DNA from: an uncultured Bacillota bacterium
GTDB lineage: Bacteria > Bacillota_I > Bacilli_A > RFN20 > CAG-288
Direction of reading: 5' to 3'
DNA length: 64,000 nt
NCBI GenBank assembly: GCA_949282275.1
Contig: CASDOO010000019.1
Location: 44,739-108,738 of the forward strand
Below the pieces are notes generated by a model that worked only from the letters and a program-made list of their open reading frames with translations, searched no databases and was not told the DNA's origin. Shown here one piece after another: positions 55,162-64,000 of the stretch (the first letter of the stretch is position 1; every line of letters starts with the position of its first letter). The position numbers and the translations under genes are program-made.

Positions 55162-55302
55162 AATTCAAATATAACATTTGTAATGATTTTAATGTATCGA
55201 ATGTCATATTTATTATCAATAAATTCTTTCAGAATATTGTTTTCATGCAAATTCGTTGTAAATTCTACGTCATTGCATGAATTTGACAATGGATTAAACA
55301 AC

Positions 55303-56048
55303 ATGGATGCATATAAAAAGCTTGTCGAGTTGCGTTGCTTTACAAGAAACGAACTTGCAAAGCGGCTTGGCTCCGCCGCAAAGGCAGACTGGCACATAAG
55401 AACGTTTTTGGAAAAAGGCTACATTGAACGAATACACCGTGATTTTTATGCCGTCATGAGTCTGGAAACCGATCAGCCAATACCAAATCGCTTTCAGATT
55501 GCATCCAAGTCCGCGTCGGACGCATGCGTTTCCCATCATAGTGCCTTCGAAAACTATAGCTATGCCAACCAGGTATTTTACGCGGTGTATTTTGCAACGA
55601 AAAGCAAGTACGTTCTTTCTCCTATGACGGGCTCTCCTATTGTCCAATCCGTTATCGCGGAGATGATGGCATCCTTGAGACGGAAAGCGGCGTTCGAGTC
55701 ACGACCTTGGAACGGACGGTAATCGATATCATTGCCGATTGCGAAAAAATCGGCGCCATCGAAGAACTGCTTCGTTGCATCCAGCTTATTCCTTCTCTTT
55801 CTTCCAAGGGTTTGCTTGCCGCCTTAGAAATGCATGGCTCTGGCAGGCTTTACCAAAAGACAGGCTATATCCTGGAATTCTACAAAGAGGAATTCAATCT
55901 TCCGGATTCCTTTTTCGAGGAATGCGAAAGACATCTTCCCAATTGCAAAACCTACTTCAGTACGGAAAAGAGAGGATTCGGATTCCTATACCATAATCGC
56001 TGGAAGATTTATGGTCCAAGAAACCTAGAGAGTTGGATTGATAACTGA
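55303..56048 (+). pseudogene. AbiEi-family (type IV TA antitoxin / transcriptional regulator) gene, frameshifted near 55598-55612
   Basis: Two track ORFs (55183..55722, 55707..56048). The upstream frame gives MDAYKKLVELRCFTRNELAKRLG...SHHSAFENYSYANQVFYAVYFATKSK. Another frame reads through VRSFSYDGLSYCPIRYRGDDGILETESGVRVTTLERTVIDIIADCEKIG. Joined, this makes about 248 aa typical of AbiEi. Confidence 0.6.
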
Positions 56049-56155
56049 TGGCCAACCTTGTTTCCTTTTTCAGATTGTTCCAATAGAAAATGAGTTATTT
56101 TGTCAAAGACAAAAGCTCGTTTCTTTCCTGAAGTATCGTTCGATTGCCAGTCCGC

Positions 56156-56758
56156 CTAGAACCGATATCCCGTGTTCAGCCTGGCATTCATCACCTTGTA
56201 GAATCCCGGCACCTTCCTCGTCAGGAAGAGGAAGAGAAGGTATCCAAGGATCGAGATAGCGACAAACTCCCCGAGGAAGATCCATCCGAACTGGACACCA
56301 AAGTAGACTGCCCGACTGACGCCTTCCGCCGGGCCGATGATGAAGGTGAATTCGGCCGAAAGGATCAGTCCGTTTGTCAGGCAGGGAAGAAGACTGGAGA
56401 CGAAGAGGCTTCTTGTCATCGGCATAAGAAGACAGGCGATCAAGGTCGCAAGGCTTCCGAAGATTATGTCCAAAGGCCCCAAGAAGCCCGAGGTGATGGA
56501 ATAGATGTTGGAAAGGGCACAGCCAATCGTCAGGCCGATGGCGTAGTTGGGATTGAAGAAGCACAGAAGCATCAGGAATTCGCTGATCCGGCACTGGAAA
56601 GAGCCATAGGACATGAAGTAGAAGGCATAGGTCAAGGCAACGTAGAGCGCAGCGATGATGGCATTGGCGGCGATGTCCTTGGTCGACATCCGGAAACACT
56701 TCGCATAGGTCGAGAAGAATCCTTCCCTTTTCGTTATCTCGGATTTGCTTTCGTTCAT
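56156..56758 (-). CDS. queT: QueT-family queuosine-precursor transporter
   Basis: 200 aa. TKDIAANAIIAALYVALTY...YGSFQCRISEFLMLLCFFNPNYAIGLTIGCALSN matches my recollection of QueT (COG4708). GGGGG lies 8 nt upstream of the ATG. Confidence 0.75.
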   Translation of the reverse strand: MNESKSEITKREGFFSTYAKCFRMSTKDIAANAIIAALYVALTYAFYFMSYGSFQCRISEFLMLLCFFNPNYAIGLTIGCALSNIYSITSGFLGPLDIIFGSLATLIACLLMPMTRSLFVSSLLPCLTNGLILSAEFTFIIGPAEGVSRAVYFGVQFGWIFLGEFVAISILGYLLFLFLTRKVPGFYKVMNARLNTGYRF

Positions 56759-56766
56759 GAAAAAAG

Positions 56767-56812
56767 CCCCCTGTTAATGTTTTAAGCGGGGTGTTCATGG
56801 GTAGACCCGCTC
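56767..56812 (-). promoter_or_regulatory. candidate preQ1-I-like riboswitch in the queT leader
   Basis: Minus strand reads AGCGGG-UCUACCCAUGAACA-CCCCGCU-UAAAACAUUAACAGGGGG: a 5-6 bp P1, an A-rich tail, and loop CCC able to pair with the SD-containing GGG. Resembles the Thermoanaerobacter aptamer CUGGGUCGCAGUAACCCCAGUUAACAAAACAAGG, but with a loop about 5 nt longer. Confidence 0.4.
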
Positions 56813-56839
56813 GGTACAGAAAGTACTATACAATCCCTT

Positions 56840-57484
56840 TCATCCGTTTGCAACGATTTTCTTCGGATCGGCGACATAGAGGAAACAGGTGAGTCTTCCG
56901 TCCCTGTCGGGTCCCAGGTCGAAGCAAATGTCCTTCCGTCGCATCTCCGCAAAGCCGATATGGGGATAGAAGCCATAGTTGCAGTCGGTATCGGAATAGA
57001 GGTAGATCGGCTTCTCTCCGTACTCCAAAGCCTTCCGGCAGTAATCCTGGACAAGCCTTTTTCCCATTCCCTTCCCGCAAAGTTCCGGACGAAGGGAAAG
57101 AAGCGTGATCTCGCCCTGGAAGGAAAGGCCTGTCTCTTCCTTCATCGTGCGGCAGCACTCGCCATAGATATCGCTTCGTCCTTCCTTCCCGAAGGCGATC
57201 TCGTATTGCCTTTCCGCTTCCCTTTCCAGGGAAGGGTCGAAAAGAAGGGGAGCACCCTCGATCGTCCCCAATAGGACGCCAAGGACGACGCAATCCTCCT
57301 CATAGACAACGGCATGGGCGCTTTCGGCAAGATGGCCAAGGACGAAGCCCAGGCCAAAGGCATGGCATTTCTCCTTCGTGTCGCAATAGCGGGAGAAATC
57401 CAGGCTCTGTGCCGTCAGGGAGACAATCGTCTCGACGTCCTCAAGCCGGGCCTGGCGGAAGATCCCATTCGTTCTGTCGGTCAT
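56840..57484 (-). CDS. GNAT-family N-acetyltransferase
   Basis: Track ORF extends to 57631. I prefer the ATG at 57484, overlapping the kinase stop (ATGA). LRPELCGKGMGKRLV acetyl-CoA motif. 214 aa. Confidence 0.75.
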   Translation of the reverse strand: MTDRTNGIFRQARLEDVETIVSLTAQSLDFSRYCDTKEKCHAFGLGFVLGHLAESAHAVVYEEDCVVLGVLLGTIEGAPLLFDPSLEREAERQYEIAFGKEGRSDIYGECCRTMKEETGLSFQGEITLLSLRPELCGKGMGKRLVQDYCRKALEYGEKPIYLYSDTDCNYGFYPHIGFAEMRRKDICFDLGPDRDGRLTCFLYVADPKKIVANG

Positions 57485-58128
57485 GCCTTCTTCTCCGATG
57501 CCATTTTGACCTGTTCGACAAGGAGGTCGAAATCCGAAGGATTGTTGAGGATGTCGACCTTGTCGACGTCGACGACGATCAGGGGCGATTCCTTGTAGGA
57601 GGAAAAGACCCACTTGTCGTAGTCCTCCCACAGGAAACGGTAGTAGGAGACAAGCTCGTCCCCAAGCTCGAAGGTCCTTCCACGCCTGTTGATCCTTTCC
57701 AGGACGGTCTCGAAGGAGCCCTTGAGATAGACCATGACGTCGGGCGCCTTCTTCGGGAGGGACTTCAGGTCCAGAAGCAGGTTCTCGAGAAGGCCATCGT
57801 AAATCGACATCTCCAGGTCCGAGATGTTTCCAAGATCGTGGTTTCTCGAAGCGAAATAACGATCCTCATAGATGGAACGATCGAGAATCGCGTTGTCCTC
57901 AAGAAGCGCCTTGCGGATGGAACCGAAACGGTTGGAAAGGAAGGAAAGCTGAAGAAGGAAGGGGTAGCGTTTCCTTTCCTTCTCCTCGGGACTTGCCTTG
58001 TAGAAAAGGGGAAGGACCTCGTTTCCCTCGACGGATTCGTAATAGGCCGGCAGGGAAAGCCTTTCGGAAAGAAGCTTCGCCGTCGTCGTCTTCCCCAGTC
58101 CGATCATGCCGCCAATGACTATCACCAT
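57481..58128 (-). CDS. deoxynucleoside kinase
   Basis: 215 aa. P-loop GMIGLGKTT, DRSIYED, RINRRGRTFE (dNK family layout). Confidence 0.88.
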   Translation of the reverse strand: MVIVIGGMIGLGKTTTAKLLSERLSLPAYYESVEGNEVLPLFYKASPEEKERKRYPFLLQLSFLSNRFGSIRKALLEDNAILDRSIYEDRYFASRNHDLGNISDLEMSIYDGLLENLLLDLKSLPKKAPDVMVYLKGSFETVLERINRRGRTFELGDELVSYYRFLWEDYDKWVFSSYKESPLIVVDVDKVDILNNPSDFDLLVEQVKMASEKKA

Positions 58129-58148
58129 CTTTACCTCGCTAAAACATG

Positions 58149-58167
58149 GAATAACGATTCGTTATTC
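58149..58167. promoter_or_regulatory. perfect inverted repeat GAATAACG-att-CGTTATTC in the divergent kinase/rubredoxin region
   Basis: Seen directly. 8-bp arms, 21 nt upstream of the kinase ATG. Confidence 0.3.
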
Positions 58168-58266
58168 TACCACCAACAAGGTTAGACAAAACGTTTTCCT
58201 TTATGGAAACAAGGAAAAGTGCTTTAATAGGGATACGTTGGTACGGCACAGGAAAGGAGAAGGAAA

Positions 58267-58404
58267 ATGGAAGAGAAAAGACTCCATCACTTCAAGTGCC
58301 TGCTCTGCGGATACATCGTCGAGACGGAAGACGAAGAGCTTCCTGCCGACTATATCTGTCCGCTCTGTGGCGCAGGCGCAAGCGATTTCCAGAAAATCGA
58401 CTGA
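58267..58404 (+). CDS. rubredoxin-like mini-protein (45 aa)
   Basis: Not in the ORF track. GGAGAAGGAAA lies upstream of the ATG. MEEKRLHHFKCLLCGYIVETEDEELPADYICPLCGAGASDFQKID carries CxxCGY...CPxCG knuckles. Confidence 0.7.
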   Translation: MEEKRLHHFKCLLCGYIVETEDEELPADYICPLCGAGASDFQKID

Positions 58405-58416
58405 AATCCGGTCGCC

Positions 58417-58438
58417 GGGGATCGAAAGATCCCCTTTT
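58417..58438 (+). terminator. terminator after the rubredoxin-like gene
   Basis: GGGGATC-GAAA-GATCCCC followed by TTTT. Confidence 0.8.
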
Positions 58439-58482
58439 CCTTTGCCAAAAAGAAAAGGAGCCCAAAGGGCCCCAAAGGAACG

Positions 58483-58932
58483 TTACTTGGCGAAGATGAC
58501 GACCCAGCGGTTGTTGTCGTTGCCGTAGCAGTTGTCGTAGATGCGGACGTGAATCTCGTAGTTCTTGTGGCTATCGCCGACAAAGCGGAGACTAGACCTC
58601 TCGTTGATGTAGACGAAGTCCCTGTCTTCCTCGTCGGAATGGCGGACAAGGGCATTCTCGGCCTTGAAGATCTTCTGGGCATTGCCCTCGAGGGTGTAGC
58701 CGTGGTTGCTCTCGCCCTTGGAAGGATAGTTCTCCTTGAGCGCCTCGCCGCCGATGAAGGTGACTTCGCCCTGATGGAGCTTTCCGACATAGACGTATTC
58801 CTCGACGCCGAAGATGGAGGTTTCCTTCTTCAGCTCGTGGACCTTGCCGAAGGACTTCTCGTTCAGGCAGACGCCCTCGGGTGTCTTCAGGATATCGACC
58901 TTCTTGCTATTCTTGACGGTTTTCTTGACCAT
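58483..58932 (-). CDS. hypothetical cytoplasmic protein
   Basis: 149-aa ORF with normal-looking composition. No motif recognised. Confidence 0.6.
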   Translation of the reverse strand: MVKKTVKNSKKVDILKTPEGVCLNEKSFGKVHELKKETSIFGVEEYVYVGKLHQGEVTFIGGEALKENYPSKGESNHGYTLEGNAQKIFKAENALVRHSDEEDRDFVYINERSSLRFVGDSHKNYEIHVRIYDNCYGNDNNRWVVIFAK

Positions 58933-59106
58933 TTTGTTTTCCTCGTTTTCTCTCCGGATTTGCCGGAGCCGTTTTCATTGTAGGCCTTTTTTCAAGGGAC
59001 GAGGCATGAATTCGCTTTCATCCCCCTTTTCTTCCCGGGGAATTGACGATTCCATGCTTTCGTATCCAAAAAAGGAGCCCGAAGGCTCCTCAGGATTCAA
59101 ATGGGA

Positions 59107-59514
59107 CTATTCGGAGAACATCCGCTTCTCGCGGCCCTTCCAGTCGATGCGCTTTCCTTCCTCGTCCTCGATGCCATAGCCATCATAGCCAAAGCAGGGA
59201 ACGACATGGTACTTCTTTCCGCGGACGGTGAATTCCGGATAGGAAGTCATCTCCAGGGCGGAAAGGCGCATCACGGGCTCGAGATTGTTGAGGCTGTCGG
59301 CCTTCGAAGCATCCTCGAAGCTCTCCGCGGGACGGATGTGGGCAAGCGTCCAGCTGTAGTCATAGACGCGGCCATCCCGAGAGGAGGTGCACAGGACTGG
59401 GGTCTCGGAATAGGCGTCCTTCTTCATGTAGGCGCCGAAGCAGTCCGCAACCACTTCCTTGTCTCCATAGATTGCTTCCCATACCTTCAACGCCAGTTCT
59501 TTGTCGATCACCAT
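59107..59514 (-). CDS. small protein with a degenerate HNH-like core
   Basis: I prefer the ATG at 59514 after AAGGAGAG (MVIDKELALKVWEAIYGDK...). YSWTLAHIRPAE...SLNNLEPVM resembles the WxxDHIxP...NLxxL pattern of small HNH proteins, but with Ala in place of the first Asp/His. Confidence 0.5.
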   Translation of the reverse strand: MVIDKELALKVWEAIYGDKEVVADCFGAYMKKDAYSETPVLCTSSRDGRVYDYSWTLAHIRPAESFEDASKADSLNNLEPVMRLSALEMTSYPEFTVRGKKYHVVPCFGYDGYGIEDEEGKRIDWKGREKRMFSE

Positions 59515-59638
59515 TTTCAATTCTCTCCTTGTGTCTATTCTAAGACAACCTCTTCGAAAAGAGAATCGTTTTTTGCTGGAAAATCGGGGAAATCGGCGCA
59601 AAACGCCTTTTTCCTGCCTGCGGACTCCTAGGCAAAGC

Positions 59639-62020
<2,382 letters not shown>

Positions 62021-62021
62021 G

Positions 62022-63119
62022 TCAGTTTCCCTTGAAGGCTTCCTTGGCCTCGTCGAAGATGGCCTGGACCCTGTCGTCGGGAATCGTCTCGCCCTCGAAG
62101 ACATGGAATTCCGTCGTCAGGTTGGAGGTCAGCTTCAGGGCCTGGACACCGGCGATCTGGCCCGTATAGGTCTCGACGACCGTCATCCTCTTGGGAAGGA
62201 AGTCCGAATCGACGGTCACCTCGACATGGAGGGTCTCGATCGTCAGGTCGACATTCGTCGCGCCGATCCCGGCCGCGGCGATCATGTGCTGCTGTTCCCT
62301 AAGGTAGTATTGGCCGGCGTTCTTTCCTTCGGCGACGCTGAAGTCGAAAGAGAACTCATAGCTATCCGTTGCCATCGATTCCATCCGGCCGCTTTCGATA
62401 TAGTCGGCGCTCGGGACATAGTAGTTGGTCAGGCCGCAGATGTCGTGTCCGAAAGTCTCCAGGAAGGTCGGCCTGGAATCGACGCCGGCATCCCAGCCTT
62501 CCCATTTCCCGACTGTGGCGACATTGTCCTCGTCGATCGTGCAGGTCTTGCTATCGCCCTTTCGATAGCCGTAGTGTCCCGCGTCGACATCCTCGTAGCG
62601 CTGCTCGACGGTGTTGACGGAAAGGCCGGCGACCGAATTCTCGGCAAGGGCCGTGACCTGGTTGAAGCCCGTCGTCCCGACGAAGGCCCGGAGGCTGGTG
62701 ATGTTCTGGACATAGTCAAGGCCCAAGACGTTCGTCGTCGTCGTTCCGCTTGTCACCGAGTAGAAATCGGAATTGGCAAGGGCATGGTCGATGAAGGTAT
62801 AGGCGGCAAAGGCATCGTCGGTGACGTCAAGCGGCGTAAATCCCTCATAGTCCTTGGGGGCCTTCTTGGGAAGGAGGATGGGCTTGGGATCCCCGGTGAC
62901 GCCATCGTAGCTCGGGATGATGGGTTCCGGCGTTGCCGGCTTTGTCGTCGTTTCCGGCTTCGGCGTAGTCGTCGTTTCCGGCTTCGGCGTAGTCGTCGTT
63001 TCCGGCTTCGGCGTAGTCGTCGTATTGCCAGTCGGTCCTGCCGTTGTCTCTCCCCCATTGCCGCACGAGGCTAGGAGGAAGAGGGCGGGAAGGACGAGAA
63101 GAAGCTTTCTTTTTTTCAT
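62022..63119 (-). CDS. lipoprotein with Thr/Pro-rich repeat linker, co-transcribed with the ABC transporter
   Basis: 365 aa. Lipobox LFLLASC, then (TTTTPKPE)x3. No recognised domain in the globular part. Confidence 0.8.
   Translation of the reverse strand: MKKRKLLLVLPALFLLASCGNGGETTAGPTGNTTTTPKPETTTTPKPETTTTPKPETTTKPATPEPIIPSYDGVTGDPKPILLPKKAPKDYEGFTPLDVTDDAFAAYTFIDHALANSDFYSVTSGTTTTNVLGLDYVQNITSLRAFVGTTGFNQVTALAENSVAGLSVNTVEQRYEDVDAGHYGYRKGDSKTCTIDEDNVATVGKWEGWDAGVDSRPTFLETFGHDICGLTNYYVPSADYIESGRMESMATDSYEFSFDFSVAEGKNAGQYYLREQQHMIAAAGIGATNVDLTIETLHVEVTVDSDFLPKRMTVVETYTGQIAGVQALKLTSNLTTEFHVFEGETIPDDRVQAIFDEAKEAFKGN
62938..63023. repeat. 24-bp tandem repeat, about 3.4 copies (unit GTCGTCGTTTCCGGCTTCGGCGTA), coding for TTTTPKPE
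   Basis: Three identical units at 62944-62967, 62968-62991 and 62992-63015, plus partial copies at both ends. Confidence 0.9.
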
Positions 63120-63254
63120 TGTCCGTTGAAAAATCCTTTCATCAAAAAGAGGGCATGGACGTTGTGCCCTCTATTTTCCAACATTTCCTCTATATTTAGC
63201 AAACGTTTGTTGGCGAAACTATTGCAATTGCGAATCGTCTTGGAAAATGCGCAA

Positions 63255-63277
63255 GAAAAAATGGGGTTTCCCCCATT
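63255..63277 (-). terminator. terminator after 63283..63510
   Basis: AATGGGG-gaaa-CCCCATT on the minus strand followed by TTTTTTC. A second hairpin AGAGGGCA/TGCCCTCT lies at 63147-63171. Confidence 0.7.
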
Positions 63278-63282
63278 GTCGA

Positions 63283-63510
63283 CTACTTTGCGCCGATGAG
63301 ATGGTTGAAGAGAAGGACCCAGACAAGATCGACGTAGGCAAGGACGGCACCGAAGATCAGGAAGAGGATGAAGAAGAGAAGGCTTGAGAGATTCCTGTCG
63401 GAAATGAAGTCATCGGCACGGACAAGGATTTCGACGATCCAGCCGACGATAGGGATGATGAGCAGGATGATCTGGACGATACGGCCACAGCTGTTGAACC
63501 ATTTCTTCAT
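63283..63510 (-). CDS. small 2-TM membrane protein (75 aa)
   Basis: I prefer the ATG at 63510 after GGAGGAA (MKKWFNSCGRIVQIILLIIPIVGWIVEILV...). The longer track ORF 63283..63831 is rejected. Confidence 0.6.
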   Translation of the reverse strand: MKKWFNSCGRIVQIILLIIPIVGWIVEILVRADDFISDRNLSSLLFFILFLIFGAVLAYVDLVWVLLFNHLIGAK

Positions 63511-63566
63511 GAATAGGTTTCCTCCGTTGGAAACATTATACCCCAACAAAATCCGTTTTTGTTCTC

Positions 63567-64000
63567 CTATCGTTCCATTCTTTCCGATCCGGACAGAAAA
63601 CGGGAAAACCGCTCGAGTATCCTGTCCCTGTCCTTCCCGGAAAAGAGGTAATGCCCGGAATCCGCCAGACGAATCGTCTCGATACCGGCCCTTTCCAGGT
63701 ATTTGCCGGAACGTTTCGAGACAAGCTCGTCCTTCTGGGAGACGAGGGCGACGCATTCCGCGTCGGGCTTTCGAAGCTTCTTCCTTTCCTTGGGGACATG
63801 GACAAGAAGGCTCAGGAAAGGCGGCGCCCATGCGATGTAGGAAAAAGGATTCCTGGACAGGGGAAGTCCGCTGCAGCGATGGGATTCGCGGATGGCTTCG
63901 TCCTTGCTTTCCTTTCCCGAAAGGGCAGAAAGGGAGGTCTTCAGCATCGGAAGGATACGGACGCCGATCTTGACGGGCGGACAGAGGAGGAAGAGGCCCT
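63567..64000 (-). CDS. C-terminal part of an alpha/beta-hydrolase-like protein (5' end beyond the window)
   Basis: The frame stays open upstream of the track ORF start (…GLFLLCPPVKIGVRILPMLKTSL…) to the window edge. The C-terminal ...IRLADSGHYLF resembles the catalytic-His end of alpha/beta hydrolases. Confidence 0.5.
   Translation of the reverse strand, partial: GLFLLCPPVKIGVRILPMLKTSLSALSGKESKDEAIRESHRCSGLPLSRNPFSYIAWAPPFLSLLVHVPKERKKLRKPDAECVALVSQKDELVSKRSGKYLERAGIETIRLADSGHYLFSGKDRDRILERFSRFLSGSERMER

Noticed and set aside
56759-56839. Hairpin AGCGGG...CCCGCT after the GNAT gene interpreted as a simple terminator
   Set aside because: It is not followed by a U-tract (the next bases are UAAAAC). 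Its tail sequesters the queT SD, so the riboswitch or translational-control reading fits better. This remains unproven.
62938-63023. Regularly spaced 24-bp repeats considered as a possible mini CRISPR array
   Set aside because: The units are contiguous with no spacers, lie inside a lipoprotein ORF, and translate in frame to TTTTPKPE. There are no cas genes in the window.

Overview
This 64-kb window comes from a Bacillota-like genome. It uses the standard genetic code (TGA is a stop), GGAGG-type ribosome-binding sites and some TTG/GTG starts. All protein and RNA calls were made by eye from motifs I remember; no searches were run.

Layout:
- 1-37 kb: an accessory glycoside-utilisation region, almost entirely on the minus strand. 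It holds a GPH-type sugar symporter, a DeoR regulator, a GH78 alpha-L-rhamnosidase, rhaB-rhaA-rhaD, three ~1000-aa GH3 paralogues, an SGNH lipoprotein and a multidomain esterase lipoprotein. It also holds two AgrC/AgrA-like (LytTR) two-component systems, an intact IS66 element and an IS1634-like element.
- 15.8-19.4 kb: a more AT-rich islet with a MORN-repeat protein, an AAA+/DUF4143 ATPase and gene remnants.
- 39-53.7 kb: core housekeeping genes, namely tRNA-Asn, tRNA-Glu, an ACP, proS, an aminopeptidase P, trmL, tkt, rpsU, mnmA, dtd, punA and rarA.
- 53.8-56 kb: a second AT-rich islet. It carries an XRE-HTH protein fused to a PARP-like (DUF3990-type) domain, translationally coupled to a small partner, next to a frameshifted AbiEi antitoxin gene.
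- 56-64 kb: queT with a possible preQ1 riboswitch, a GNAT, a deoxynucleoside kinase, a mini-rubredoxin, and a fused MacB-like ABC transporter with a repeat-bearing lipoprotein.

Leads most worth follow-up:
- the HTH-PARP-like two-gene module;
- the twice-repeated GH3 + 4-TM partner module, with all three GH3 enzymes apparently anchored at both ends;
- a 21-bp-phased direct repeat (LytTR-box-like) upstream of the third GH3;
- a promoter-to-terminator ~180-nt candidate sRNA between trmL and tkt.

No rRNA or CRISPR array is present. The many long antisense ORFs in the supplied track are shadow ORFs and were rejected.
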